A DNA stretch of 64,000 nucleotides, taken from the NCBI GenBank assembly GCA_045594045.1, contig JAZNXV010000022.1:8663-72662 (forward strand), read 5' to 3'. The position numbers and the translations under genes were made by a program. This document shows positions 1 through 9,871 of the stretch, piece after piece. The notes beneath the pieces are model-generated. The model did not search any database. It was not told where the DNA came from and was given only the letters and a program-made list of their open reading frames with translations. Source of the stretch: Clostridia bacterium. Lineage in GTDB: Bacteria; Bacillota; Clostridia; Christensenellales; QALW01. Numbering within the stretch: the first letter of the stretch is position 1; the number at the start of each line of letters is the position of its first letter.

Positions 1-984
1 CGCGAAAACGCCTAAATTGTCAAACCTGTATTTTTCAATAAACTTAAGCATTTGTTTATTATCTCTGTCTGTTTCTCCGGGGAAACCGCAAAGAAGCGTT
101 GTACGTAAAGACCAATCGTATTTTGATGAACGAATACGCTCTAAAATAGCAATTAAATCGTTCTTCGTGTAGTGCCTGTTCATTAAGGAAAGCATTTTAT
201 CTTCTGTATGCTGAATGGGTAAATCCACGTATTTGCAAATGTTATCGTATTTTTCCATAACCGCGATAACATCTAACCCTAAAGTTGAAGGGTATGCATA
301 CATAACTCGTACCCAATCAAAGCCCATAAGCGCAATTTTTTCAAGAAGCTGCGCGAATTCGTTTTTACCTCTGTCAAGACCGAAGCGTGTAGTATCCTGA
401 GCAGTTAAAATAATTTCTTTAACCCCCGATTTTTTTAAGTAAGCAGCCTCGTACAAAAGACTTTCCACGGTTCGCGAAACATATTTCCCGCGAATCGAAG
501 GTATTGCACAATAGGCGCATTTGTTATCACAGCCTTCAGCAATTTTAAGATACGCATAAGGCTTTGTTGAAATTTCTCTTTCAACAAACTCATCAAGATA
601 CTCCGCTGTCGAGCCGATGTATATCTGTTTTTTGCCCGATAGAGAATTATTGATTATCTCCACAATGTTTTTGTATTCATACGTTCCTAAAACACCGTCA
701 ACCTCCGGCATATCAAAAATTGCTTCAGGATACCTTTGGCTTAAGCAGCCCGAAACAAGAAGTGCTTTGCATCTGCCGTTTTTATATTTTACGTGTTCAA
801 AGATTGCGTCTATGGCCTCTACCTTTGCATCTTCAATGAAGCCGCAGGTATTTATAATTATAACGTCAGCATATTTTGGTTCTTCCGTCAAAAGCATTCC
901 GCCTGCTTTTATATATCCCGCCATAACCTCTGAATCCACAAGATTCTTGTTACAGCCCAAGGAAACTATTGCAACGTTTATCAT
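1..984 (-). CDS. rimO: Ribosomal protein S12 methylthiotransferase RimO (radical-SAM MTTase); C-terminus cut by window edge
   Basis: It is absent from the ORF track because it runs off the window. Reverse-strand translation from the ATG at 984 reads MINVAIVSLGCNKNLVDSEVMAG. Positions 481-540 encode the radical-SAM motif AEGCDNKCAYCAIPSIRGKY. The start lies 3 nt downstream of the ftsK stop. Confidence 0.8.
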   Translation of the reverse strand, partial: MINVAIVSLGCNKNLVDSEVMAGYIKAGGMLLTEEPKYADVIIINTCGFIEDAKVEAIDAIFEHVKYKNGRCKALLVSGCLSQRYPEAIFDMPEVDGVLGTYEYKNIVEIINNSLSGKKQIYIGSTAEYLDEFVEREISTKPYAYLKIAEGCDNKCAYCAIPSIRGKYVSRTVESLLYEAAYLKKSGVKEIILTAQDTTRFGLDRGKNEFAQLLEKIALMGFDWVRVMYAYPSTLGLDVIAVMEKYDNICKYVDLPIQHTEDKMLSLMNRHYTKNDLIAILERIRSSKYDWSLRTTLLCGFPGETDRDNKQMLKFIEKYRFDNLGVFA

Positions 985-987
985 CTG

Positions 988-3357
988 TTAATCCAATCTT
1001 TCATCATACATTGACCAGAACTGCTCTCTTGTCATAAGCACCTTACGTGCCTTTGAGCCTTGGGAAGCCTCCACTACTCCACGCATTTCCATAGAGTCAA
1101 TCAACCTACCCGCACGGGCATATCCGACCTTAAACCTGCGCTGAAGAGCCGAGATCGAAATGTTGCCGCACTCGATGGCATATTCAACTGCTGCAGGGAA
1201 AAGCTCGTCTTCACCGTCAGAGTCATCGTAATCATTTGGATTATCTCCGCTACCGCCATGGTTAGGCTTGAGCTCACGCATAATAAGCTGTTCTTCACCG
1301 ATATATTGAGTCTGTTTATTTTTGTTCTTAATAAATTCTACAACCTTTTCAATTTCCTGCTCATCTGCAAATGCCCCCTGAACTCGCGTAGGCTTGTTTT
1401 CACCGTTTAAATGAAGCAACATATCGCCCTTGCCAACAAGTTTTTCCGCACCGGTAGAATCGAGAATTGTTTTAGAGTCAACACCCGATGCAACAGCAAA
1501 AGCAATTCGCGAAGGAATATTTGCTTTAATAACGCCCGTAATAACGTTTACACTTGGGCGCTGTGTAGCTAAAATCAGGTATATACCTGCCGCACGGGCA
1601 AGCTGTGCAATACGCATAACACTGTCTTCAACTTCGCCACGGGCTACAAGCATAAGGTCGTTAAGCTCATCAACTATAACTACGATGCGAGGCATAGTTT
1701 CGTCACCGTTTTCTTTTGCAACCTCGTTATAGCGCACAATGTCCTTAACCTTGCGCTTTGCAAAGGTTTCATAACGCTTTTCCATTTCGCGCACAACAAA
1801 CTGAAGAGCGCCTGCCGCTTTTTTGGGGTCGGTAACAACGGGCGTCATCAAATGAGGTATGCCGTTATAGACGTTCAGTTCAACCATCTTAGGATCGACT
1901 AAAATCAAGCGCACGTCCTTAGGTGACGATTTATATAACAAGCTTGTGATAATAGAGTTTATGCAAACGCTCTTACCTGAACCCGTTTGACCCGCTATCA
2001 ATGCGTGGGGCATCTTTGCAAGGTCTGCTACAATAACCGCACCCGTAATATCTTTACCGAGTGCTACGGCAACAGGAGATTTATGTTCCTTAAACTCCGA
2101 GCTTTCAATAACCTCGCGCAAGGTAACCTTTGAAACCGATTCGTTAGGTATTTCGATACCGATTGCCGATTTACCGGGAATAGGTGCTTCAATACGCACG
2201 TTTGTGGCCGCCATAGAAAGCGCAATATCGTCAGCCAAATTGAGTATGCGGCTTACTCTTGTACCGCGTTCAATAGATAGCTCGTAACGGGTAATAGCAG
2301 GACCGATTGTAATATTTTCAACCCAAGCGGTTATACCGAAGCTTTTAAGGGTTGTTTCCATCATTTCAATTTTCTTTGAATGGTCAATGCCGCCGCTTTT
2401 CTTTGTGCTCGCAGGTCCGTTTAAAAGATTTGTAGGCGGAAAATAATATTTTTCGCTTACAGGCTCTGCCGACGAAGCTTTGGTCTTATTATCATTTTCA
2501 GGCGTATCATCACCTAAATCAAAGCCGTCCTCTTTATTCGTTTCTTCAGGTGAAGGTTCTTCGCCAAAATCATCTTCAACAAGAGTAGCAAGCTTGCGTT
2601 TTTTAATAGGCTCTTTAACGGCTGTAACCTCAAATTCGGGAGCATCTAAAATCTCGTCATCTTCATCAATTTCGTCGTCGCCGTCTTCATTTCCTAAATC
2701 GTGGTCATAGGTCTTTTTCGCGCGCTTACCTTTTTTTACGTTTACTACAAAGCTTTCGCGGAACTTCTCGCCCGTATCCTTAACAGTTTGGCCAAGCTTT
2801 TCACCCGCCGCCTTTAAGGAAAGGTTGAATAAAACTATAAGAGAAATAACAATCATTGCAAGGAACACGAAAAACGCGCCCAAATCGCTCACAAGCAAGC
2901 AAACAGGATATGTATATACTGCGGCGAATGCACCCATACCTAAATGCTCTTTACCCGCAAAATACGCTTGGTTAACTGCTTCGGTATAATTGGCGCAGGT
3001 GCTTGTTGTTCCCACAGGCGCAAACCAGGAAAAGCAAACGTGGGCAAGCCCTATAATTGAAAAGACCATAAGCACCGTCATTGCCATTTTCCCCAGATGA
3101 ACTTCAGGCTTTTTAAGTATAATCTGAATAATTCCCAGAGCGATCATCAAAAGCGGAATAATGTACGCGCCCACGCCGAAGGTGCCGCGCATAAACCCGT
3201 CGGCAATAAAGGTTTTTAAAATACTCTCCGTTTGAATAAAAAGAGATATAAATAAAAGCACACCGATTAAAATGAGTATAACGCCTGCAACCTCATTATT
3301 TTTATTTTCATTAGTTTTTTTATTGACTTTTTTATTGGTTTTTTTCTTTTTAGGCAT
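988..3357 (-). CDS. ftsK: DNA translocase FtsK/SpoIIIE
   Basis: 789 aa. It has N-terminal TM segments, an acidic linker, Walker A GQTGSGKS, Walker B VVIVDEL, and a C-terminal gamma winged-helix (LQRRFKVGYARAGRLID). Confidence 0.95.
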   Translation of the reverse strand: MPKKKKTNKKVNKKTNENKNNEVAGVILILIGVLLFISLFIQTESILKTFIADGFMRGTFGVGAYIIPLLMIALGIIQIILKKPEVHLGKMAMTVLMVFSIIGLAHVCFSWFAPVGTTSTCANYTEAVNQAYFAGKEHLGMGAFAAVYTYPVCLLVSDLGAFFVFLAMIVISLIVLFNLSLKAAGEKLGQTVKDTGEKFRESFVVNVKKGKRAKKTYDHDLGNEDGDDEIDEDDEILDAPEFEVTAVKEPIKKRKLATLVEDDFGEEPSPEETNKEDGFDLGDDTPENDNKTKASSAEPVSEKYYFPPTNLLNGPASTKKSGGIDHSKKIEMMETTLKSFGITAWVENITIGPAITRYELSIERGTRVSRILNLADDIALSMAATNVRIEAPIPGKSAIGIEIPNESVSKVTLREVIESSEFKEHKSPVAVALGKDITGAVIVADLAKMPHALIAGQTGSGKSVCINSIITSLLYKSSPKDVRLILVDPKMVELNVYNGIPHLMTPVVTDPKKAAGALQFVVREMEKRYETFAKRKVKDIVRYNEVAKENGDETMPRIVVIVDELNDLMLVARGEVEDSVMRIAQLARAAGIYLILATQRPSVNVITGVIKANIPSRIAFAVASGVDSKTILDSTGAEKLVGKGDMLLHLNGENKPTRVQGAFADEQEIEKVVEFIKNKNKQTQYIGEEQLIMRELKPNHGGSGDNPNDYDDSDGEDELFPAAVEYAIECGNISISALQRRFKVGYARAGRLIDSMEMRGVVEASQGSKARKVLMTREQFWSMYDERLD

Positions 3358-3450
3358 TTAGTTAAACTCCGTTTCTACTGTTATGCGTTAAAAATACTTT
3401 TATCAATGACATCGTAATATTATACCATATTTTTTCCGTTAAATAAAGAC

Positions 3451-4713
3451 CTATTTTACGCTGTGCAGCATTTTTATAAGCTTGTCCTCGCTATTAATTT
3501 TACCTACCACGCAGCTGCTCAGGTTCTTTAAATCAAACATTGATACGATGTTTCTGTTAATATCGTCCATCGTAACGCTATTTATGCTTTCTATTACCTG
3601 GTCCACAGTAAGCACCTTGTCGTTTAAAAGCAATACCTTGCCGTTACGGTTCATTCTTGCAACAGCGCTTTCAAGGCCGAGCACAAAGCCACCCTTTAAT
3701 TGCTCACGCGCTTCCGAAAGTTCCTTTTGAGTTACACCGTTTTTAATAAGGCTTTCGATTTCGCCTAAAATAAGCTCGAAAACCCTTGGCGCCTGAGATG
3801 CATTCATTCCTGCGTAAACGTTAACCATACCGCTGTTTACGTTTGATGAAAGATAGGCGTAAATAGAATACGTCATACCGTTTTGCTCGCGCACCTTTTG
3901 GAACAGACGGCTGCTCATTCCACCGCCGAAAATGTTGCAAATCATATTTTGGGCAAAATACTCGTCACCGGTCTGTGCCGCGCCCATAAAGCCGAGGCAG
4001 AGATTTACCTGCTCAATATCCTTTTCAATTAAGATAATGTCGCCCTTGGGCATTTTAAGTTGTGGACATTTACTCGGTGCTTTTTTGTTCTTTAAGCCAT
4101 CAAGCTTTTCTTCAAGCATATTTAAAATTTCATTTTCATCAAAAGAACCCGCAACCGAAATTACTATGTTTTCAGAAACGTAGGTTTCCGACATATAATC
4201 AATAATATTTTTCCGTGTTAAGCCTCGCACGGTTTCTGCAGGACCTAAAATCGTTTTGCCCAAAGGATGCTCGCCGTAAAATGCCGCCGCAAGTCCTTCG
4301 TGAGCAAGGTCGTCAGGCGTATCCTCCACCATTGCTATTTCTTCGCAAACCACGCCCTTTTCCCGTTCCATATCAGCTTCGTCAAATTTCGAATTAAGAA
4401 GCATATCGCAAAGCAGGTCAACGGCAACACCGTAATGCTCGTTTAAAATATTAACGTAATAGCAGGTGCATTCCTTTGCGGTAAAAGCGTTAAGCTGACC
4501 GCCCAGCGCATCAATACAATTAGCAATCTCAAGGGCAGTACGCTTCTTTGTGCCCTTGAACATCATATGCTCAATAAAATGGGAAATGCCGTTGTTTTCT
4601 TTTGTTTCGGCACAACAGCCTGCACCGACCCAAAATCCCACAGAAACAGAACGCAGATGCGGAAGCTGTTCCATAGCCACACGAACACCGTTTTTTAGTG
4701 TAAAAATCTTCAT
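3451..4713 (-). CDS. M16 family zinc peptidase (MlpA/YmxG-like)
   Basis: It carries the inverted zinc motif HFIEHMMFKG (HxxEH). I prefer the second ATG (MKIFTLKNG) because GGGAG lies ~8 nt upstream. The ORF-track start is 4728. Confidence 0.85.
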   Translation of the reverse strand: MKIFTLKNGVRVAMEQLPHLRSVSVGFWVGAGCCAETKENNGISHFIEHMMFKGTKKRTALEIANCIDALGGQLNAFTAKECTCYYVNILNEHYGVAVDLLCDMLLNSKFDEADMEREKGVVCEEIAMVEDTPDDLAHEGLAAAFYGEHPLGKTILGPAETVRGLTRKNIIDYMSETYVSENIVISVAGSFDENEILNMLEEKLDGLKNKKAPSKCPQLKMPKGDIILIEKDIEQVNLCLGFMGAAQTGDEYFAQNMICNIFGGGMSSRLFQKVREQNGMTYSIYAYLSSNVNSGMVNVYAGMNASQAPRVFELILGEIESLIKNGVTQKELSEAREQLKGGFVLGLESAVARMNRNGKVLLLNDKVLTVDQVIESINSVTMDDINRNIVSMFDLKNLSSCVVGKINSEDKLIKMLHSVK

Positions 4714-4898
4714 TGCATTTTCTCCCATAATAATATATTTATATTATATATTATTAACCGAATAAACGCAATTATTATTTTATTTTTCGATACTCATTTG
4801 AGCGTTTTTTCATCACATTTACGCATAAAAATCACCCAATTATTTGTTTGTGTAATATTTCTTATTTAGATACCTTTTTATTGCACTCTAAAAAGTTT

Positions 4899-5609
4899 TT
4901 ATTGCCCGATTTTTAATTGCTCACCCACTGTTTTAAACTGATAGCCCTGAGCTTTAACAAAAAGAATTATATTGGGTAATGCTTCCAGAGTAGCCTTTGT
5001 GGGATGCATTAAAACGAACACTCCCGGCTGTAAATTTCTCTCAACGCGAGAATATATTTTTTCTCTGTCCTGATCGCGCCAATCGATAGTATCTGCAGAC
5101 CACATTATCGTAACACAGCCGCACTTTGCCGCATCTTCGGAAACAGCACTGTTAACGTCACCCGAGGGCGGAGCAAACAGTATTGGAGTAAAGCCTGTAA
5201 TCTCCTTTATCAAAGCGTTGGTTCGCATAATTTCATTTTGGCTCTGTTCCCTTGAAAGTTCCGTATGCATTTTATGATTATATCCGTGATTTCCTATTTC
5301 GTGCCCTGCGTTATATATAGCCTTTAAGCAATTTTTGCTTTTTGCCGCCCATACGCCGCCGATAAAAAAAGTTGCCTTTATGTCTTCCTTTTCAAACAGT
5401 TTCAGATATTCTTCGATATATTCGTCCCCCTGATAAACGTTTATCATAAGCGAAACGTTTTTTTCGCTTGTATCCGCCTTATAAACGGGTCCGTTTTGAG
5501 AAAAGGCGCTTACCGCAAGATTTTGCTTTGCCGAATATCCCCACAAAAGCGAAAGCATAACAACAATAATCAAGTTAACCGTAACGGCTTCAAAAAGCTT
5601 TTTTCGCAT
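4899..5609 (-). CDS. Polysaccharide deacetylase (NodB family; YlxY/PdaB-like)
   Basis: 236 aa with an N-terminal TM segment and NodB-type motifs (FFIGGVW, HEIGNHGYNH). It sits directly upstream of the M16 peptidase, as ylxY-mlpA does in B. subtilis. Confidence 0.8.
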   Translation of the reverse strand: MRKKLFEAVTVNLIIVVMLSLLWGYSAKQNLAVSAFSQNGPVYKADTSEKNVSLMINVYQGDEYIEEYLKLFEKEDIKATFFIGGVWAAKSKNCLKAIYNAGHEIGNHGYNHKMHTELSREQSQNEIMRTNALIKEITGFTPILFAPPSGDVNSAVSEDAAKCGCVTIMWSADTIDWRDQDREKIYSRVERNLQPGVFVLMHPTKATLEALPNIILFVKAQGYQFKTVGEQLKIGQ

Positions 5610-5765
5610 ATTTTCCTCCTAACAAACAAGTACTAAATTATACTTTTGTTTTTTGAAAATTATGCAAAAAAACGCCTGTAAAAACAGACGTTTTTTATTG
5701 TTTTATTTTGAATATTTATGATTTCAATTTGCCGATACGCGTTATTTATTTAAAGTTTTTAGGAT

Positions 5766-6440
5766 TTAGTCGGGCAATTGCCAAGAAATAGGTTCCCGAT
5801 TGTTTTTTATTAAAAATTCGTTTGCTTTTGAAAAGTGTTTGCACCCGAAAAAGCCGTTGTAAGCCGACAAAGGACTTGGGTGCGCGCAGGAGAGCACCAA
5901 ATGCTTCTTGTTAGTTATAAGCGCTTGCTTTGCCCTTGCATTTGCGCCCCAGAGCAAAAATACACAAGGGTCTGCGTGCTCGTTCACAAGCGAAATGACT
6001 CTGTCAGTAAAAATTTCCCAGCCCATTCCCTTGTGGCTGTTTGCCTGGCCCTCGCGCACAGTAAGCACAGCGTTTAAAAGCAGTACTCCGTTTTGTGCCC
6101 AGGTAGTTAATTCACCGTGACTTTTAGGCTGAATAATGCCTAAATCGTCCTGCATTTCCTTATAAATATTCTTAAGCGAAGGCGGTACCTCTACGCCGCG
6201 TTTAACGGAAAAGCACAATCCGTGAGCTTGGCCAAACCCGTGATATGGGTCCTGCCCGATGATAACAACCTTAACGTTCTTTAAGGGAGTATATTTTAAA
6301 GCGTTAAAAATATCGTGCATATCGGGAAAAATTCTTCTGCTGAAATACTCTTTTTTCAAAAATTCCCGAAGCTTTAAATAGTATTCTTTTTCAAACTCGC
6401 CCTTTAAAAGCTCGTCCCAATCGTTTCCAATATTAACCAT
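5766..6440 (-). CDS. ung: Uracil-DNA glycosylase
   Basis: 224 aa with family-1 UDG motifs GQDPYH and HPSPLS. Confidence 0.95.
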   Translation of the reverse strand: MVNIGNDWDELLKGEFEKEYYLKLREFLKKEYFSRRIFPDMHDIFNALKYTPLKNVKVVIIGQDPYHGFGQAHGLCFSVKRGVEVPPSLKNIYKEMQDDLGIIQPKSHGELTTWAQNGVLLLNAVLTVREGQANSHKGMGWEIFTDRVISLVNEHADPCVFLLWGANARAKQALITNKKHLVLSCAHPSPLSAYNGFFGCKHFSKANEFLIKNNREPISWQLPD

Positions 6441-6521
6441 AACGTTCTTCCCTTATTTATTTTATAAGAATATATTACACTCTTTTTATTTGAAAGTCAA
6501 TTATCTTGCAAAATCTTAAAT

Positions 6522-6558
6522 AAAAAAAAGAACACCCGCCACTTCAGACAGATGTTCT
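6522..6558 (-). terminator. Intrinsic terminator downstream of tRNA-Trp
   Basis: In RNA sense the hairpin is AGAACAUC...GGGUGUUCU followed by a U8 run. Confidence 0.6.
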
Positions 6559-6563
6559 TTTAC

Positions 6564-6638
6564 TGGCAGGGGAGACGCGATTCGAACACGCAACCTACGG
6601 TTTTGGAGACCGCTACTCTACCGTTGAGCCACTCCCCT
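6564..6638 (-). tRNA. trnW: tRNA-Trp (anticodon CCA)
   Basis: A 75-nt cloverleaf folded by hand. The acceptor is AGGGGAG/CUCCCCU, the anticodon stem-loop is GCGGU-CUCCAAA-ACCGU, the T-loop is UUCGAAU, and CCA is encoded. Confidence 0.9.
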
Positions 6639-6650
6639 AATACGAGCGTA

Positions 6651-6679
6651 ATTATACAACAAAGTTTCTTTTGAGTCAA
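6651..6679 (-). promoter_or_regulatory. Sigma-A-type promoter for tRNA-Trp
   Basis: TTGACT, a 17-nt spacer, then TATAAT, ending 12 nt upstream of the tRNA 5' end. Confidence 0.6.
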
Positions 6680-6699
6680 GTATTATTTGAAATGTTTTA

Positions 6700-6731
6700 A
6701 AAAAATAAAGCGTGAAGTCTTTCACGCTTTA
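6700..6731 (-). terminator. Intrinsic terminator of the DUF1540 micro-gene
   Basis: The hairpin is AAAGCGUGAA-AGAC-UUCACGCUUU followed by AUUUUUUU. Confidence 0.65.
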
Positions 6732-6758
6732 AATATGCACGTTATTATTCTGTTTTAT

Positions 6759-6923
6759 TTATTTACAGCAATACTCAAATGACTGACAATCGGTGCATTC
6801 AATTACCGTAGGATTGGTTTCATGAGTTCCCACGTTTATGTGTGCTAAACTGCAATAATCAGCATTTTTACAATGATGCTTACAATTTTGAATTGTACAA
6901 GAAATAGCCTCGTTCTTTTTCAT
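6759..6923 (-). CDS. Small Cys/His-rich protein, DUF1540-like (54 aa)
   Basis: It falls below the ORF-track size cutoff. AAGGAGG lies 7 nt upstream of the ATG. Hand translation gives MKKNEAISCTIQNCKHHCKNADYCSLAHINVGTHETNPTVIECTDCQSFEYCCK, which matches my memory of the DUF1540 pattern (C-x4-C...C-x-A-x-I-x-V...T-x-C-x-x-F). It has its own terminator. Confidence 0.65.
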   Translation of the reverse strand: MKKNEAISCTIQNCKHHCKNADYCSLAHINVGTHETNPTVIECTDCQSFEYCCK

Positions 6924-7017
6924 ATTAAAATCCTCCTTAATTGATTTCGTTTTTATTGTTCTCGAAAAAATTTTTTATATACTTCAAAATTATTTTTCCA
7001 TTTTTTTAAAAAAGTGC

Positions 7018-7046
7018 TTTACAAATTTTTTTATGTGTGCTATTAT
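7018..7046 (+). promoter_or_regulatory. Sigma-A-type promoter for the tRNA-Gly/tRNA-Lys pair
   Basis: TTTACA, a 17-nt spacer, then TATTAT preceded by an extended -10 TG. It ends 19 nt upstream of tRNA-Gly. Confidence 0.6.
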
Positions 7047-7065
7047 ATGTCCGTCGTCAAAAGAT

Positions 7066-7141
7066 GCGGTAGTAACTCAGCTGGTAGAGTGCCACCTTGC
7101 CAAGGTGGATGTCGCGAGTTCGAATCTCGTCTATCGCTCCA
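7066..7141 (+). tRNA. trnG: tRNA-Gly (anticodon GCC)
   Basis: Cloverleaf folded by hand. The acceptor is GCGGUAG/CUAUCGC, the anticodon arm is CCACC-UUGCCAA-GGUGG, the T-loop is UUCGAAU, and CCA is encoded. Confidence 0.9.
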
Positions 7142-7143
7142 TC

Positions 7144-7219
7144 GGGTTATTAGCTCAGCTGGCAGAGCACCTGACTCTTAATCAGGGTGTCCGGGGTTCG
7201 AACCCCCGATGACCCACCA
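7144..7219 (+). tRNA. trnK: tRNA-Lys (anticodon CUU)
   Basis: Cloverleaf folded by hand. The acceptor is GGGUUAU/AUGACCC, the anticodon arm is CCUGA-CUCUUAA-UCAGG, the T-arm is CGGGG-UUCGAAC-CCCCG, and CCA is encoded. Confidence 0.9.
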
Positions 7220-7225
7220 AGAAAA

Positions 7226-7256
7226 AGACAAGCTTTTTAAGCTTGTCTTTTTTTGT
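7226..7256 (+). terminator. Bidirectional intrinsic terminator (tRNA operon; also faces the convergent ytrA-like operon)
   Basis: AGACAAGCUU-UUU-AAGCUUGUCU is followed by U8 on the plus strand and flanked by an A-run (U-run on the minus strand). Confidence 0.75.
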
Positions 7257-7320
7257 TTTATACACTTTTGCAATGTGCATGTTAATAAGCCCGCTTTGGT
7301 TTTGTTTTTTTTCCAAGGTT

Positions 7321-8289
7321 TTATTGCAAGGCTACTATACACATCAGCACTACGTTAACTGCAATCCACAATGCCGAGGTTAACGAAAGCGCGTACCATT
7401 TTTTAGGATGCAAAGATTTCTTAGATTGAGCAAATACAATACCTAAAACCAGCAAAATACCGGGAGCTATTATGCTGAATATAATAGAGGTAATGTAAAA
7501 TACGATTTTGGCACCGTCTTCGTCATCAAAATCCGAAGAAAAATGGTCATCACTAAAATGGTAGTTAGCGTCGTGATGATTTTTTGAGCTGTCAATGTAA
7601 AGCTTAACCGTATTTTTCAGTTCGCCCGTTATCTCGGTTAAAGCAATTTTATCAGCCGTGTAATAAATTCTTCCGTCTTCATCAATCCTACATTGATTGC
7701 TGTCTTGAAGGTCCAGATAATAAACGCCGCTGTTTAAAATATAAATTGCGCCTATGCGTTTAGCAACGCTACGGTTCTTTTCAAAGCCTAAAAGCTCGTA
7801 CGTTTCCTTTTCCATATCAGCGAAGTCTGTTGCATTTATCAAATACGGTTGCGTGTCTATGCTTTTTATATCATTTAGTATCCAATTATCAATATCGCTA
7901 TTGAAATAATAATTATCATATCTTGCCACCGCATAAAAGTAGTATTTGCCCTCTCTCAGTTCTAAAAGCTCTTCTTTTCCCTGCGCCGAAGCATAGATAT
8001 TGGGAAAATACACTTCATTAAAGGCAGTTTGTCTAAAAAGATAGTTGCTTGTGTTAGAAGGAATTTCTACGTACTCGCCGTCTTCTATTTCATAAATTTC
8101 TACACTTTCAGGTATTACTACCTCGTCTTTTTGAAGGGTGTACCGCTCATAGCTCCGGGTATTTCCGTTTATAATAAATTCTATCTTGTCGCCTTCTTGA
8201 GTAAATTCCCACGTTTGCTCTTGTGCAAGCGCACCAAAGGGAAGCAGTAAAACTAAACCTACAAGTAATATTGAAATTATTTTTTTCAT
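7321..8289 (-). CDS. Hypothetical secreted/membrane-anchored protein (last gene of the YtrA-type operon)
   Basis: 322 aa with a signal peptide (MKKIISILLVGLVLLLPFGALAQE), a ~250-aa extracytoplasmic region, and two C-terminal TM helices. An SD (GGGGAGGG) is present and the gap to the permease is 14 nt. I recognise no family. Confidence 0.6.
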   Translation of the reverse strand: MKKIISILLVGLVLLLPFGALAQEQTWEFTQEGDKIEFIINGNTRSYERYTLQKDEVVIPESVEIYEIEDGEYVEIPSNTSNYLFRQTAFNEVYFPNIYASAQGKEELLELREGKYYFYAVARYDNYYFNSDIDNWILNDIKSIDTQPYLINATDFADMEKETYELLGFEKNRSVAKRIGAIYILNSGVYYLDLQDSNQCRIDEDGRIYYTADKIALTEITGELKNTVKLYIDSSKNHHDANYHFSDDHFSSDFDDEDGAKIVFYITSIIFSIIAPGILLVLGIVFAQSKKSLHPKKWYALSLTSALWIAVNVVLMCIVALQ

Positions 8290-8303
8290 ACTTTTCCCTC
8301 CCC

Positions 8304-9170
8304 TTACGGCAGATTAAGCTTGCGTTCAAGCATACCGTTTATTACGCAGTACAGGCCTGCACAGGCTGTTGTAAGCATCATAATAAACATAAGCAGTAAT
8401 ACTCCGAAAAACGCGTGCGGTTGAGCCGGCATTACGCTAAAAATTGACGTCAAATAAATTGAGCCCGAAATCAGCGACGTAGGCATAACTAAAATTGACG
8501 AAATCAAATTAACGCCGTATATAATGCCTATAATAGCAAAGATTTTGTGCTTACTTGCAACAGATGAGCCTATTGTTATAAGGAAGAAAATAAAGAGCGT
8601 GCTCAGAATTTCGCAAAAGAACATCAGCAGGATAGCTTCTAATACATATACAAGCGTCCAAATTGCACCTATATTTTCGTACATACTGTTAAAAAGCTCT
8701 GCAAAAAGCTCTTGTACCGCCGTAAAAAGCGTTGTTCCATCTCTTGATTCCCAAATGGAAGCAAATATTATTATAATCGAAATAATAACTACCGCGTGGG
8801 TTGCGACATTTACTAAAAGCGAGCTGAACGTTTTAGAAAGAAACAGCGTTCTTCTTTTTACGGGTAAAGTAAAGGTCAAATACCCCTCTTCCTTAAAGAA
8901 ATTACTGTAATAGCGCATATACTGAATAATTTGTGCAAAAATTCCAAAGGCAGTTATTGCAAAAATATAGGCGAAAACACATAACGTTATAACGGTTTCG
9001 TATGTACTTAACTCACCAAAATTTGACATACCGTCATAAAGAGCTATCATTTTTGAGGCGTTGCCCAAAATTGCCGCCAAAGGAAGCGTAAGCACTAAAA
9101 TAATAACCGCGCCTATCCACCAGGTAGAGAAAATTGCTTTTAAATCATATTTTAAACATTTGCGGAGCAT
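8304..9170 (-). CDS. ABC-2-type permease-like integral membrane protein
   Basis: 288 aa with ~6 predicted TM helices. It overlaps the upstream ATPase gene by 19 nt. Confidence 0.6.
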   Translation of the reverse strand: MLRKCLKYDLKAIFSTWWIGAVIILVLTLPLAAILGNASKMIALYDGMSNFGELSTYETVITLCVFAYIFAITAFGIFAQIIQYMRYYSNFFKEEGYLTFTLPVKRRTLFLSKTFSSLLVNVATHAVVIISIIIIFASIWESRDGTTLFTAVQELFAELFNSMYENIGAIWTLVYVLEAILLMFFCEILSTLFIFFLITIGSSVASKHKIFAIIGIIYGVNLISSILVMPTSLISGSIYLTSIFSVMPAQPHAFFGVLLLMFIMMLTTACAGLYCVINGMLERKLNLP

Positions 9171-9871
9171 CTGAACACCTCCTTAAACAGTTCGTCAAGA
9201 GATTTGCCCGTTTTTTCACGTACTTGGTCGCAATTTCCGACCATCAGAACCTGCCCGCCGTAGCCCATAAAAATAAATTCGTCAAGGGCTGTTTCGATAT
9301 CGGTAATCAAGTGGGTTGTGATTATTACCGACGCTTCGGGATTATAATTGTTTATTATCGTATTTAATATATACTCTCTTGCCGCAGGGTCAACACCGCC
9401 AATGGGCTCGTCAAGCATATACAGCTTGGCTCTGCGCGCCATAACCAAAACAAGCTGTACCTTTTCTTTAGTGCCCTTTGAAAGCGTTTTTAAGGTAGCT
9501 TTTAAATTTATTCCTAAATCAGCGAGCATTTTTTCTGCAAGATTTCTATCGAAATCAGCATAAAAATCTTCAAAATAATTTAAAAGCTCAAACACCTTCA
9601 TCTTATTTGAAAAATACGCTTTGTCGGGCAAATAAGAAATAAGACCGTTGGTTTTTTCGCATATTCTTTCGCCGTCAACATATATTTCTCCTTCGTTTGC
9701 CGCAAGCAAGCCTGCTATAAGCTTCAGAAGCGTAGTTTTTCCGCAACCGTTAGGGCCTAACAAGCCCACTATTTTGCCTCTCGGAACGTTTAAATGTAAG
9801 TTTTGAATAACGTTAACGTTACCTTTATAGGCTTTTGTTAAATTCTTAATCTGTAAAACAGGTGTGTTCAT
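9152..9871 (-). CDS. ABC transporter ATP-binding protein
   Basis: Walker A GPNGCGKTT, signature LSKGTKEKV, Walker B LYMLDEP. Confidence 0.9.
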   Translation of the reverse strand: MNTPVLQIKNLTKAYKGNVNVIQNLHLNVPRGKIVGLLGPNGCGKTTLLKLIAGLLAANEGEIYVDGERICEKTNGLISYLPDKAYFSNKMKVFELLNYFEDFYADFDRNLAEKMLADLGINLKATLKTLSKGTKEKVQLVLVMARRAKLYMLDEPIGGVDPAAREYILNTIINNYNPEASVIITTHLITDIETALDEFIFMGYGGQVLMVGNCDQVREKTGKSLDELFKEVFRCSANV

